From a virus: 19,386 nucleotides of DNA. The translations under genes were made by a program, and so were the position numbers. The stretch lies in UHGV virus genome UHGV-0074610; one strand, 5' to 3'. Below, piece after piece: positions 7,343 to 16,609 of the stretch (positions within the stretch are counted from its first letter, which is position 1; every line of letters starts with the position of its first letter). The notes under the pieces were generated by a model. The model saw only the letters and a program-made list of their open reading frames with translations, was not told the origin of the DNA and did no database searches.

Positions 7343-10060
7343 TTAAGCTACATTGCCGGGGTAGGAGGCATTGTCGTATTGATAGAAGGAGTCGCGGTAT
7401 TCTTTTGCTGTAACCTGACATGTTCCGTCAGACTGCGGTGATATCTCTGAGATTAGTGCGCTGTAACCAACACGCGAAGATTCGCAGAATATAAGACGTG
7501 GAGGTTCTATCGATTGATCATTCAGTATGATGCCAATGAACTCATCCTGTTCAGATACCGATAATTCATAATCACTAATCTTAGTAACTGGAAGCAAACC
7601 AGACGCTGAGCCATCCTGATAACGAATTAACGCGCGCGGATTGCTGAATGTCCAGTCGAGTGGTTCTGATACGGTGATAGTTGTTTTACCACCGTCAGTT
7701 CTCATATCTTCAATCAGCGTGCTGATTGTTTTGCTACCTGGAATATCATCAGTAAAAATAATTCTGTCGCCTACGTTATAGCAAAGCGCATCCATTTCAG
7801 TGGTCGTGGTATGAGTTAAACGCTGCTGCCTGTACTTCATCAGACGTCGCATGCCTATCTGATAAGCTCTGTCCTGATCAAGCACGCCATCAAGCGTATA
7901 ATCTTCAACTTTAACTGGCGTAGGATTACCCGATGTTCTGCATTGAACAGTCTCTTCAGCCCACGTAGTACCATTAATGTAAGTGACATCCACGCCATCA
8001 TAATCATCGGCAGATGGTGCAACGAAAGCCGTTTGAAGCGCTTCTGTCATTTCCTGAGGACTAATGATTCCCGTCCACGTTTTTATCCCCTCCCTTCCAA
8101 CAGAAGCCATGCCGTCAGACAGCAGGAAATAGCTTTTACCTGCGTTAGTGACTTTCTGTAGCATTTCAAGAGCGGAAACTGAGTCTGTTGTTGCGTAATC
8201 GAAAAACTCGCTATCAGGCGTCCAGTAAGACGATTCCAGCATATCAATCGCTTCATGATCCATCGCAAGCCCCAACTCATTTCCAATGTGGTACAGCGCA
8301 CCTGAAATGCTCCTGGAAATACCGGTATCATAAATGCGTGTGGCGACTACGTTGACACGGCGGTCGGACTGAGCGGCAAGCTTTCCACCAGTTTCGACTG
8401 ATACAGCCATAGTGGTTACACCAGTGTATGATGATGGTCTTGAAAGCAATCTCCCCCTCAATGACTGCCAGTACATGTTATCCCTGCTGTTATCCTGGCC
8501 TTGTTCGTTCGTTCTCCTGCATCTAACCTCCACCAAACCGGCCGATGCCAGCGTGATACGTTCGGTAAAACCTAACCCATTAATATTTTGCTGATTGTAA
8601 GACCCTGTTTTGCTTGTCCAGCCTGAACCAGAACCGTAAACACGGTACTGAATTTCCCACTGAACAATCCTGTTCTGCTTCTTGCCTTTCTTGTTATATC
8701 CGCAAATGCCGTTAGGGAAGAAGAAGTTGACCTCAAACATATCAACGACTTCATTATCCGGACATGTAAGAAACGGCCCCATCCATTTATTGTTCTGATT
8801 TAAACCGTTTGCTTCGAAATCAAGTACTGTACGTGGTGTGAAACCAGGCCATGTCGGGTCAACGGCTCCATCAACAATCCGTTGCAACGTAACTGTGCTG
8901 GCGTCTATATCCAGAATTTTATATTCGCTGCCTGAGTGCGATACTGATAAACGAATGTATCCTTCAGGAATTCCCGTAAATGCGGTGCCGGTAGCGCTGT
9001 CATACGCCAAAGTGATTGACGCCGTAATAACGTCTTCACCAACAGGCTCTGAATGAGGGATGTAATCAGCAATGAAAAGCTGGTAATCGATACTGTTGTA
9101 CCAGAGAGTAACTGGCATGCCGATGTATGGAGCAATCTCTTCCAGTGTGTCACTGGTGATTCTGCTGTATGCGCCATCGTTGGTGACAACATAAGAATCT
9201 GGAACAATCAATTCAACAATTGCACCTTCTGTCCATGAGTCAGGAAGGTCGTTTGTTGCAGTGTTCCCATCGTCAGTACTAAGCCCGTTAAAGGTGATAT
9301 CTGCACCAGATACCGTTAATGATTCAGCTACAACATCCTGGGTATCAGGTGCAGTCTGCGCCATATCAAGGCCAGAACCGGACGCAGTTCCCCCTACCTC
9401 AGTTGAGTTGAACCAGTTTTCTGTTCTTCTGTCACCGCTAACATTCTGTCCAGGCTGATAAACAGTATAAGAAAAGCCATCACCAAGAGAGGCGCTTGGC
9501 GTTGAGCCAACGCGAATGTCTCCATCACCGAATGAAAAGCGCCCCCTACCCAGCACAACGAACATTTCAACCGTCATTACAGTTGGATCATCAGCTGAGA
9601 ATCTTGTTACTGGTTGTACCGCATAGTCTGGATAAATTCGGCTTCGACCAAATAACTCTCGTATCGGGTCACCTAATTTTGCGTTGTTCGCTTTAGCAGG
9701 ATTTACATCAAGTGGGTTTCCTGTTCCCGATGAGTAACCACCAAGATCACCAACGCCTGGAGCAAAGAATAAAGCATAAGCTACAGACGCAACTGAAACG
9801 GCAACAGCAATCCAGGCCAGAGCTACAGCTCCATAAGGAACAGGATAAATTCTGACGTCACTATCAGGACTGATTGCATACTCAAACCATGCCTGTGGGG
9901 GAATATTTTTCCCATCTACGTCAATTGTGATTGGCTGTTTTATATCAGGCTTATAGCCCTCTACTTTTTTCGACAGCCATTGATGTAAGGTTAAAGCGCC
10001 ATGTTCATGCCTTTCCAGCGGTTCGCCGGGGATACGGGAGGGGTAGATTCGGATAGTCAC
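7343..10060 (-). CDS. tail tip / host-specificity protein (gpI-like N-terminal region fused to a large gpJ-position protein)
   Basis: 905-aa ORF. The N-terminal roughly 180 aa resemble lambda gpI-type tail assembly proteins (small N-domain, hydrophobic Ala/Val/Gly-rich segment, then LGDPIRELFGRSRIYP); the remainder is a large beta-rich protein in the gpJ position. Apparent GTG start overlapping the upstream stop (GTGA at 10057-10060); no in-frame ATG nearby. Confidence 0.65.
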   Translation of the reverse strand: MTIRIYPSRIPGEPLERHEHGALTLHQWLSKKVEGYKPDIKQPITIDVDGKNIPPQAWFEYAISPDSDVRIYPVPYGAVALAWIAVAVSVASVAYALFFAPGVGDLGGYSSGTGNPLDVNPAKANNAKLGDPIRELFGRSRIYPDYAVQPVTRFSADDPTVMTVEMFVVLGRGRFSFGDGDIRVGSTPSASLGDGFSYTVYQPGQNVSGDRRTENWFNSTEVGGTASGSGLDMAQTAPDTQDVVAESLTVSGADITFNGLSTDDGNTATNDLPDSWTEGAIVELIVPDSYVVTNDGAYSRITSDTLEEIAPYIGMPVTLWYNSIDYQLFIADYIPHSEPVGEDVITASITLAYDSATGTAFTGIPEGYIRLSVSHSGSEYKILDIDASTVTLQRIVDGAVDPTWPGFTPRTVLDFEANGLNQNNKWMGPFLTCPDNEVVDMFEVNFFFPNGICGYNKKGKKQNRIVQWEIQYRVYGSGSGWTSKTGSYNQQNINGLGFTERITLASAGLVEVRCRRTNEQGQDNSRDNMYWQSLRGRLLSRPSSYTGVTTMAVSVETGGKLAAQSDRRVNVVATRIYDTGISRSISGALYHIGNELGLAMDHEAIDMLESSYWTPDSEFFDYATTDSVSALEMLQKVTNAGKSYFLLSDGMASVGREGIKTWTGIISPQEMTEALQTAFVAPSADDYDGVDVTYINGTTWAEETVQCRTSGNPTPVKVEDYTLDGVLDQDRAYQIGMRRLMKYRQQRLTHTTTTEMDALCYNVGDRIIFTDDIPGSKTISTLIEDMRTDGGKTTITVSEPLDWTFSNPRALIRYQDGSASGLLPVTKISDYELSVSEQDEFIGIILNDQSIEPPRLIFCESSRVGYSALISEISPQSDGTCQVTAKEYRDSFYQYDNASYPGNVA

Positions 10061-10437
10061 TTCCAGAACTCCACTTTAACAAAGCGTCGCTTGAAACGAG
10101 AAACAGGAAGAAATGTCACATTCATTCCCGGATTACATTCAGCTACGTGAAGTTGACCATTTATCTCAACAACGACACCAACGTGGGTAACGGTTGATCC
10201 GGAATAACACGCAGCGCCTGCACCGACGCAAGGCTCACACTTCTCAAGCGACCGCATCAGCTTTACTGCTTCTCTGTTAAGCCCACCATCATCTTTCGTC
10301 ACCCCGGAAAAATCAGGCCAGAGAGGTAAATCGAGGTCCTTACGTACCTCATTGACGATGCCGAAACAGTCAAGTTCAGGATAAACGCGTCCGCCCTTCT
10401 GCCAGACGACAGAAAGGTATTTGTCAGGGTTGAACAT
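10057..10437 (-). CDS. NlpC/P60-family tail protein (gpK-position, peptidase-like)
   Basis: 126-aa ORF with excellent RBS (AAGGAG, 5 nt spacing). Contains a candidate Cys (LDCFGIV) and downstream His (THVGVVVE) in the spacing typical of NlpC/P60 papain-like hydrolases; position matches lambda gpK. Confidence 0.65.
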   Translation of the reverse strand: MFNPDKYLSVVWQKGGRVYPELDCFGIVNEVRKDLDLPLWPDFSGVTKDDGGLNREAVKLMRSLEKCEPCVGAGAACYSGSTVTHVGVVVEINGQLHVAECNPGMNVTFLPVSRFKRRFVKVEFWK

Positions 10438-10446
10438 TGTTGCTCC

Positions 10447-10929
10447 TTAACTCATGTAGCGGAGGCCAGGATAATACGGAAGGGTATAACGATGACGGGG
10501 CCACGCAGTATCAAGAACGTTCATATAGCCCGCCGTTATCTGCGCTTGCGTAGATGTCCACGAACCACTTTTTACAGCCAGAGTGTAGGGAACTGAAGCG
10601 GGTGCGCTAAGGTCGGTAGATACGTAGTTACGATAGGTTAAAGATGCCTCTGCCAGGTTATCCAGCGCATTATGAATCGCAGTAGAAGTAACTCCATCAA
10701 TGTTGTCGATGGCAAACTGTAAATCCTGTGTGCCATCACTATTTCTGTCAGGAAGAGCAATATCGATAGCTGCTGCCTGAAATGTAACTTCATCGCCATT
10801 TTCAGTGATTGCAGTGATATCGTCGAAGCCTTTGCACAGGTAATAAACTTCAGTTCCAATGTTTATTTGCAGGGTTTCGATAATCACCTCTTGACCCGAA
10901 GAGGCGTATAGACGATTGAGAATAGTCAT
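10447..10929 (-). CDS. minor tail protein (gpL-position)
   Basis: Track ORF starts at an alternative codon at 10941; the ATG at 10927-10929 overlaps the upstream stop (ATGA), giving a 160-aa product. Assigned by position between tape measure and the NlpC/P60 gene. Confidence 0.55.
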   Translation of the reverse strand: MTILNRLYASSGQEVIIETLQINIGTEVYYLCKGFDDITAITENGDEVTFQAAAIDIALPDRNSDGTQDLQFAIDNIDGVTSTAIHNALDNLAEASLTYRNYVSTDLSAPASVPYTLAVKSGSWTSTQAQITAGYMNVLDTAWPRHRYTLPYYPGLRYMS

Positions 10930-11399
10930 GGTCTTGGCCACTCCCTGTTAAGCGCAATATCAATGATGCTGCTGTTGATAATGTAATCAGGGAACTCTCC
11001 CCAGCCAGGAGCAAGAATCGGTCTCTCCCATAGCTCAAGCGTGGCGGTGAATCGCCAGTAATTTCCTCCCTCAATAGTTGGCCCTTCGTAGATGTCTACA
11101 AACCGGCAAACGTACATATCTATAATGCCAAGGGGTGATCGAAGAGGCATGTTGAACCAGTCGGCACCATCTTTGATAGTGTCTCTGTACCATGCCTCAA
11201 ACAATTGAGCCTCCGGATCTGTAAACAACCATGCCACTGATGCCTGAGTTGGCGTTGATGTGTACAGACGGCGCTGCCTTGCCCTGCCAGATGTAAGCTC
11301 TGTTCTCAGCAATGGGCTAACAGGCTTTAACCCGAATCCTTCCTGCAATGGAACAGGCAGGTAATCATTCGGATAGTTAATGCTGGTAGTTTTAGCCAT
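10926..11399 (-). CDS. minor tail protein (gpM-position, distal tail)
   Basis: 157-aa ORF; its ATG overlaps the tape measure stop (TAATG at 11395-11401). Assigned by position immediately after the tape measure gene. Confidence 0.55.
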   Translation of the reverse strand: MAKTTSINYPNDYLPVPLQEGFGLKPVSPLLRTELTSGRARQRRLYTSTPTQASVAWLFTDPEAQLFEAWYRDTIKDGADWFNMPLRSPLGIIDMYVCRFVDIYEGPTIEGGNYWRFTATLELWERPILAPGWGEFPDYIINSSIIDIALNREWPRP

Positions 11400-13924
11400 T
11401 AACCCGTTCTCCTGTTAGTGTTCCAGCGCATCATCGCTTTTGAAATGCTACCTTTTCCGCTCGCAAGGTCACTGGCCGCCTGTTGATAACCAAGCTTTGC
11501 CCCTTCTGTAGTTGCTTTTTTCATCATGGCAATTTGAGTGTCGGAAGGATCACCGTTCACATTCATGTTTATAACTGGTGAGAAACTGGCCCCCTGAGTA
11601 GACTGCTGGTTTACCCTGTCGAGTGTTTCGTCAAGCTTGGCAGAGGTTTGAGAAGTTACGACTCGCTCCCCTTTCTGAAGAAGCCAGGTCCCGGTTTCTG
11701 GAACGCTGTCGATACCATCGTGCGCCATGCCTGCAAGGGCCGAAGTACCAACGGCTGCTACAAGAGGTGCAGTTACCGCCGCCGCTGTTGCCATCGCAGC
11801 AGGCGCAAGCGCTGGACCAACGATAGGAATTGCCGCTGTAGATGCATAAGCGGCGATCTGAGCCTGTAAAGATGAAGCCTGTGCGTTTGCCAGCATTGAT
11901 GCCGCTGCGCTTGCCTGAGTGGATTTACCTACCAGCAATTGCACAGCCTGATATACCAGCCACTGCGCCGCCATATCAGAAAGGGTTTTAATGATTGTTT
12001 CACCAAGGCCAGAGAAAATATTACTGAAGAAATCACCTAAATCCTCTGCACCATGCACAAGATCATTCAGGTTGTCAGAGATGGATTCCGTTGCGCCATT
12101 AAGAATGGAGGTCATCGCATCGGCGGCGGTCTGGTAGTAATCAGCGGAGTTATCAGCGTAATCATTCAACGCATCCATAATCCCGCTTTGCCAGTCACCC
12201 ATCTGTGCGTCGGACTTTTTGTAATAGTCCTGCTGAATATCGAGACGCTCATCAAGTGCCTGCTGTAACGCTGCCGTCTCCTGGTCATAAAGCGATTTAC
12301 TGATATCGCCGCTTTGGTATTGCTTCTGAAGGTCTGCCTGTCTGTCGAGAAAACTACGCTGAATATCCAGCAATTCCTTCATGCGCTGGCGAGTCTTATC
12401 GCCCATGCCTGCGCCAATAAAATCAGAATCATTTGCTGCCTGGTCATTCTGATTTTGCTTGCGCAAATTAGCGGTAAATTCGACAAGCTTCAGGTTTTCT
12501 TCGTTGGCTTTTTTCAGAGAGTTGAGACGGTCTATTTCCGTAGCAAGCTGCTCAAGACGCTCTTTCTGAGCTGCATTAATCCCTGTTAATTTTCCGGAAG
12601 TGAAATCAAAACGCAGCTTCTCAAGCTCGGTGACCTGCTGATTCTTTTTGCCAGTTGTGTCAATTAACGCAATCTGGCGCTGATAACTCATTTCCAGAGA
12701 CTTAAATGCTGATTCCAGCTTCTTGGCCCCGGCATCAGGCGACGCTTTACCGTTTGTTTCTCCTGAGCCTAAGGAATAATTTTTGCTGGTTGATGATGGC
12801 CCACCTATGGTGGCAGGACTGAGAGGAAGATTATTGCCGGCTTTCATGATGGAAAGTCGGCGTTCGAGCTGTGCTATTTCAGCTTTCTTCCCGTCAACGT
12901 CCATACCAATTCTGTTAAAACTGGCAAGGAAGCCCTGGTCTTCTACATCTGCTTTGAGGTTGTTGAGACGACGCTCTATATCAGTTACAGATGCATTCTC
13001 ACCAACGGCCTTACCGCCTTTGTACAGGTCAATCAACTTACCTGCTTCAGCGCCAACTTTCACAAGCCAGGTAGCCAGGTCAACAACGCCGCCAACCAGG
13101 TCTGTTAGTCCCTGAATCACCTGCGGGTCTTTGAAAACATCGCCCATGTCAGTGATCGCATTCTGTAATCCTGACAGGTCAACATTTGCAAGGCCGGTAG
13201 CAATCTCAATTTTTACGCCGTTAACCTGCGTCTCCATGTCTTCAAACAGGGAGTTTACTTTCACCAGTTTTTCGATGTCTGCATCATCAGGAGCAACACC
13301 GAACTGCTTTGCCGCGTCCATGTACTGGCGAAGCTTTTCACCACCCTGATCAAGCAAGGGCAGGAGCTTTGACAGGTCATTACCAAGGCTTTCGAGAATG
13401 GTTGTTTTTTCGGCGTTTGTTTTTATCTTGCCAAGAGCATCACTGATAGCGAGAAGTTGCTTGTCAGGCGATTCCCCGGCTAGTTTTTTTGCGGATAATC
13501 CAAGCGCATCAAGTGCACCGACAGCTTCCCCAGATTTATTTAAGACCGCATCACCAATCTTATCGCCAATATCCTTAAAGATATCGGCCATCTGGTCACC
13601 AGATACACCTGCTTTTTCTGCGGCATATTGCCAGGCCAGCAGGGACTGAGTAGACATATTGAGCGACTTCGCCCAACGGTCTGTTTCAGTAATCTGTTTG
13701 GAAGTGGTTTTCAGCAGGTTATAACCAGCAACACCTACACCAATTGCTGCAGCGCTTGCTGCTGTCGCAAAAGCGGTAAACGCGGTCGCCGCAGCCTTGG
13801 CGTCGGATTGTACCTGTTTACGCCATTTTTGAGATGCTCGCTCAGACTGGCTAAGGCCAGAGACAAAACCACCAACCTTAGCCACCAGGTCAATAGTCAA
13901 CGTGCCGAGGGATTTACCAGCCAT
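11399..13924 (-). CDS. tail tape measure protein
   Basis: 841-aa Ala/Gln/Leu-rich, largely helical protein; the largest gene in the tail module and directly downstream of the chaperone frameshift pair. By the established rule of roughly 0.15 nm of tail per tape-measure residue this predicts a non-contractile tail of about 125 nm (inference). No sheath-sized gene is present. Confidence 0.9.
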   Translation of the reverse strand: MAGKSLGTLTIDLVAKVGGFVSGLSQSERASQKWRKQVQSDAKAAATAFTAFATAASAAAIGVGVAGYNLLKTTSKQITETDRWAKSLNMSTQSLLAWQYAAEKAGVSGDQMADIFKDIGDKIGDAVLNKSGEAVGALDALGLSAKKLAGESPDKQLLAISDALGKIKTNAEKTTILESLGNDLSKLLPLLDQGGEKLRQYMDAAKQFGVAPDDADIEKLVKVNSLFEDMETQVNGVKIEIATGLANVDLSGLQNAITDMGDVFKDPQVIQGLTDLVGGVVDLATWLVKVGAEAGKLIDLYKGGKAVGENASVTDIERRLNNLKADVEDQGFLASFNRIGMDVDGKKAEIAQLERRLSIMKAGNNLPLSPATIGGPSSTSKNYSLGSGETNGKASPDAGAKKLESAFKSLEMSYQRQIALIDTTGKKNQQVTELEKLRFDFTSGKLTGINAAQKERLEQLATEIDRLNSLKKANEENLKLVEFTANLRKQNQNDQAANDSDFIGAGMGDKTRQRMKELLDIQRSFLDRQADLQKQYQSGDISKSLYDQETAALQQALDERLDIQQDYYKKSDAQMGDWQSGIMDALNDYADNSADYYQTAADAMTSILNGATESISDNLNDLVHGAEDLGDFFSNIFSGLGETIIKTLSDMAAQWLVYQAVQLLVGKSTQASAAASMLANAQASSLQAQIAAYASTAAIPIVGPALAPAAMATAAAVTAPLVAAVGTSALAGMAHDGIDSVPETGTWLLQKGERVVTSQTSAKLDETLDRVNQQSTQGASFSPVINMNVNGDPSDTQIAMMKKATTEGAKLGYQQAASDLASGKGSISKAMMRWNTNRRTG

Positions 13925-13925
13925 G

Positions 13926-14237
13926 CTATGTCCACTCCTGCATAGCCTGTTCCAGTGAAATGGAAGGCTCGTTAATGTGTGGTGTGAAGTCTGTTACTTT
14001 GAAGGAGGGTGAATCTTTTCCACGGTTGACGTTTGCCAGCACAGAAGAAATTAGGCCAGCGGCCCATTCGGTACGCATCATTCCGTTAAGGCTTCCGTAC
14101 TTTTGACGGTAAAGAACCCAGTCGCGATACTCTGTAACGCTAACGCGTTCTTTTGCTTCAGCAATGGTGCGTCCGCCGATCCCGTTGAGAACTAATTCAC
14201 ACCAGAATTCGTCGTCTGCGCTGAGTTCGCCTTTCCC
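13926..14237 (-). CDS. -1 frameshift extension of the tail assembly chaperone (gpGT-like fusion C-terminal part)
   Basis: From the slippery heptamer G GGA AAG (minus-strand sense, plus coordinates 14231-14237) the -1 frame stays open for about 100 codons (GKGELSADDEFWCELVLNG...EQAMQEWT) and ends at a TAG (13926-13928) one nucleotide before the tape measure ATG. Translated by hand. Confidence 0.5.
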   Translation of the reverse strand, partial: GKGELSADDEFWCELVLNGIGGRTIAEAKERVSVTEYRDWVLYRQKYGSLNGMMRTEWAAGLISSVLANVNRGKDSPSFKVTDFTPHINEPSISLEQAMQEWT

Positions 14238-14569
14238 AGGTCGTTAACCTGCTGAATAGCGACAAGCAGAGCAACCGTAAGAGCACCATCGAGTGCGCCG
14301 CGCTCAGGATCTGCTTCACCAGTGATATCGGCAACAGTGAAAACTGGAGCGCCATTTTCATCACAGATGGATGCAGCGATACGCCCTGCTACACCATCAA
14401 TTTTCCCCACCGCTGAAAGAACATTTGATACCGCGTCGTGATACCCCATTGGTCGGATATAAACGGTAGCGGTGATCTCCTTATCGCCCTGCTTCCAGGT
14501 GATTTCCTTCTCAACAGGACGACCAGTGAACGACCCTGCCTGTTTTAACGAATCCAGATTCAGTTTCAT
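14192..14569 (-). CDS. tail assembly chaperone (gpG-like)
   Basis: 125-aa ORF between major tail protein and tape measure, ATG start with GAGGAAA upstream; contains the in-phase slippery site near its 3' end. Confidence 0.7.
   Translation of the reverse strand: MKLNLDSLKQAGSFTGRPVEKEITWKQGDKEITATVYIRPMGYHDAVSNVLSAVGKIDGVAGRIAASICDENGAPVFTVADITGEADPERGALDGALTVALLVAIQQVNDLGKANSAQTTNSGVN
14231..14237 (-). promoter_or_regulatory. programmed -1 ribosomal frameshift slippery site G GGA AAG
   Basis: Plus-strand CTTTCCC is GGGAAAG on the coding strand, phased X XXY YYZ with the chaperone reading frame (codons CTG GGA AAG). Identical to the phage lambda G/GT slippery heptamer. Confidence 0.6.
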
Positions 14570-14586
14570 TTCTTTCCTCTCAATTT

Positions 14587-14602
14587 GCGGGGTTTCCCCC
14601 GC
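14587..14602 (-). other. intercistronic stem-loop with GAAA (GNRA) tetraloop between major tail and chaperone genes
   Basis: 6-bp GC-rich stem GCGGGG / CCCCGC with 4-nt loop (GAAA on the minus-strand transcript), 15 nt after the major tail stop and about 18 nt before the chaperone ATG; no U-tract follows on the minus strand. Confidence 0.3.
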
Positions 14603-14619
14603 TTATTAATGCCTGGTTA

Positions 14620-15117
14620 TTAGCTCGTTGGCAGGGCCTTTGGAACCCAAACACCCTGCCCTGAACGCTGAATAGTTGCGGAAGTTTGCACGACCGTATT
14701 CGCCTGGAAGTCGAACGGGAAATCTGAAACATAGCCCTGGAACACATACCAGGTACGTGTATCCGGCAGAGAAAGACCATCAACTGCATCAGGATCACCA
14801 GACGTCGCTACCGTTGGTTCATCCGTTCCGTCAGCCCAGCCAATAGCGAAGGTCAGGTTTGTCTGGTCACTGGATTCAGCAAGGTTGCTCAACATGACAT
14901 GGCTGGCGTTTGCCGGGTCTGCGTTAAGAGCTACAGTAGCCTGACCGGGAGTGCGCAGACCTTTTTTATAGGAACGAGTATTGGTTTCACTCAGACAGGT
15001 ATCTTCAATCTGATCTGCCGGACTACTACCTGGTGAGAACGAAGTAATACATTCAACTTCACTGACCACACCGTTATTCAGAACGTACATCTGAGTGCCT
15101 TGAGTCACTACTGACAT
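14620..15117 (-). CDS. major tail (tube) protein
   Basis: 165-aa ORF with GGAG RBS, immediately upstream of the chaperone/frameshift/tape-measure trio, which is the conserved position of the siphovirus major tail protein. Assigned by position. Confidence 0.65.
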   Translation of the reverse strand: MSVVTQGTQMYVLNNGVVSEVECITSFSPGSSPADQIEDTCLSETNTRSYKKGLRTPGQATVALNADPANASHVMLSNLAESSDQTNLTFAIGWADGTDEPTVATSGDPDAVDGLSLPDTRTWYVFQGYVSDFPFDFQANTVVQTSATIQRSGQGVWVPKALPTS

Positions 15118-15133
15118 AATTATCTCCGGGTAT

Positions 15134-15157
15134 AAAAAAACCGGCTCAAGGCCGGTT
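15134..15157 (-). terminator. rho-independent terminator-like hairpin plus U7 tract, upstream of the major tail protein gene
   Basis: Stem AACCGGC / GCCGGTT (7 bp, 5-nt loop) at 15139-15157; on the minus-strand transcript it is followed directly by UUUUUUU (plus-strand A-run 15134-15140). Lies between the stop of the 121-aa gene and the GGAG RBS of the major tail gene. Confidence 0.4.
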
Positions 15158-15169
15158 GTGGAAGGTTTG

Positions 15170-15535
15170 TTATCGGTTGACTATCCAGTCAACGTCGAAA
15201 GAGTATCTATACCTGAGTGTCTCAGGGTCTCGCGTCTGATTACCCCAGCGAACAATGTTGGCTTTTACCTCAATCGCATTACGCATGGCTTGAGCGACAG
15301 CAATCGCTTCATCAGGGGTATCGGCATAGATATCAACCTGAAGCGAATACATGTCCGCATCAGGTCGTTGGTTGAGAAAATTTTCAGGAGAACCGCTGAC
15401 GTTCTGCCAGACGGCGTATGGATAAACAACGCTATCGTCCTGAATACCGAAAGGGTAAATTCTTACCGGATTGCTTCCGAGTAAAGCAGTGACTTCAGAA
15501 CTCGATGCGCAAACAGAGAAAATAGGAGCAATCAT
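15170..15535 (-). CDS. tail terminator / tail completion protein (gpU-position)
   Basis: 121-aa ORF; ATG overlaps the upstream stop (ATGA). Assigned by position immediately upstream of the major tail protein gene. Confidence 0.5.
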   Translation of the reverse strand: MIAPIFSVCASSSEVTALLGSNPVRIYPFGIQDDSVVYPYAVWQNVSGSPENFLNQRPDADMYSLQVDIYADTPDEAIAVAQAMRNAIEVKANIVRWGNQTRDPETLRYRYSFDVDWIVNR

Positions 15536-16017
15536 GCCGTCTCTCCTTTCTTCTGTGCTCGTTTGATGGCTCGGTCAATCCCCGCTTCGTAGTTAACAGA
15601 GAATGTGTTGAAAACCTCTATCAACCTTGAATTTGCAGCAGCACGAACCAGCGGTTTTGCTGCCATCTTTTCAGTGCCAAACTCAAGAAGACGCCAGTGT
15701 GGAGTGGGTGCATCTTTCGCAGTGCTTGGATGCTTTTTTAGTACGGCACCCTGAAGAATACCTATCCTGAAGGCCAGATCGCCTGTTTGTTTAAACATAC
15801 GACCATTCCAGCGAAGCGCGGCGTTATCAGCAATGCTACGGGCGGTTTTAGGGTCGTCGAGTCGCTCTGCGTTTCTCTTTATCTGAGTTACGATCACGTT
15901 TCCCGCTTTCCTCAGTGCCGAGCGCCCTGTTTTGCGCTTAGTTTCCGTGGTAATGGCTTCTAACTTACCAAGCAGTGAATCTACACCTTCAAGCTTAAAC
16001 TCAATGCTATCAGCCAT
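15532..16017 (-). CDS. neck / tail-completion protein (HK97 gp10-like position)
   Basis: 161-aa ORF, ATG start, in the head-tail joining block between head closure and tail terminator genes. Positional assignment. Confidence 0.5.
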   Translation of the reverse strand: MADSIEFKLEGVDSLLGKLEAITTETKRKTGRSALRKAGNVIVTQIKRNAERLDDPKTARSIADNAALRWNGRMFKQTGDLAFRIGILQGAVLKKHPSTAKDAPTPHWRLLEFGTEKMAAKPLVRAAANSRLIEVFNTFSVNYEAGIDRAIKRAQKKGETA

Positions 16018-16342
16018 CCTTTACCCCCTCTGAGCACGGAAGCGTGAGATATTCGAGCCCACTATCAGGGTCAGGAAGAATCCCCTCAATGCTGTAGATT
16101 TTTCCACGGAAAAGAATACGGTCTTTCTCCTGGATATCTTCCCGGTATCGAATCGTGATTCTGGCTGTTACTTTTACGTTTGATGCCTGGGCTGTAATGA
16201 AATCCCTGACAGAAGAGGCAACCACGCTACCCCACACCTCTGCAAGCTCATTCCAGGTGTATTCCATTGCACCAGTAGTAGGTGACTGGACAGCCGTTCT
16301 CCTCTGGATGGTGATGCGGTGGCGCAGTTTTGCAAATTCCAC
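16010..16342 (-). CDS. head closure / head-tail adaptor protein (gp7 / SPP1 gp16-like)
   Basis: 110-aa ORF with apparent GTG start 2 nt after the upstream stop and GAGG 6 nt upstream. Size and position match head-closure proteins. Moderate confidence from recalled family features. Confidence 0.55.
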   Translation of the reverse strand: MEFAKLRHRITIQRRTAVQSPTTGAMEYTWNELAEVWGSVVASSVRDFITAQASNVKVTARITIRYREDIQEKDRILFRGKIYSIEGILPDPDSGLEYLTLPCSEGVKDG

Positions 16343-16344
16343 AA

Positions 16345-16539
16345 TTACCTCGGCTTTCCATCAAGATAGGTTTGCGGTGGCAAATCATCATCAATTTCAT
16401 CAACGAGCGTTTTTGCAATCAGAGATACAAGCGTTTCATCAGCCTGAGCCAGGCGATTTATCGCTTCTGCCTGTTTGAGTTGAGACGCCGCCAGTGCCTT
16501 CAGCGCTACCGTTAATTCGTTTACCTGCTGCTCGTTCAT
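16345..16539 (-). CDS. small helical hypothetical protein (64 aa)
   Basis: Track ORF starts with TTG at 16545; the ATG at 16537-16539 is preceded by GAGG (7-nt spacing). Predicted helical, acidic C-terminus; lies between connector and head-closure genes. Confidence 0.4.
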   Translation of the reverse strand: MNEQQVNELTVALKALAASQLKQAEAINRLAQADETLVSLIAKTLVDEIDDDLPPQTYLDGKPR

Positions 16540-16609
16540 AGGCAATCCTCGTCCACTTTTTTATCCACTCGCGCCGTTTGGCGCATCCTGCGCATGCCAT
16601 ATTTGCCCC

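Noticed and set aside
7943-9696. Multiple short ORFs on both strands (60-100 aa) inside the 905-aa tip protein gene
   Set aside because: Fully nested in or antisense to the long, well-supported minus-strand ORF; no independent start signals.
11623-13945. Cluster of plus-strand ORFs (67-110 aa) across the tape measure region
   Set aside because: All lie antisense to the 841-aa tape measure gene, have no RBS-like signals, and give low-complexity Arg/Ser/Pro/Cys-rich products typical of the wrong frame of a GC-rich, Ala-rich gene.
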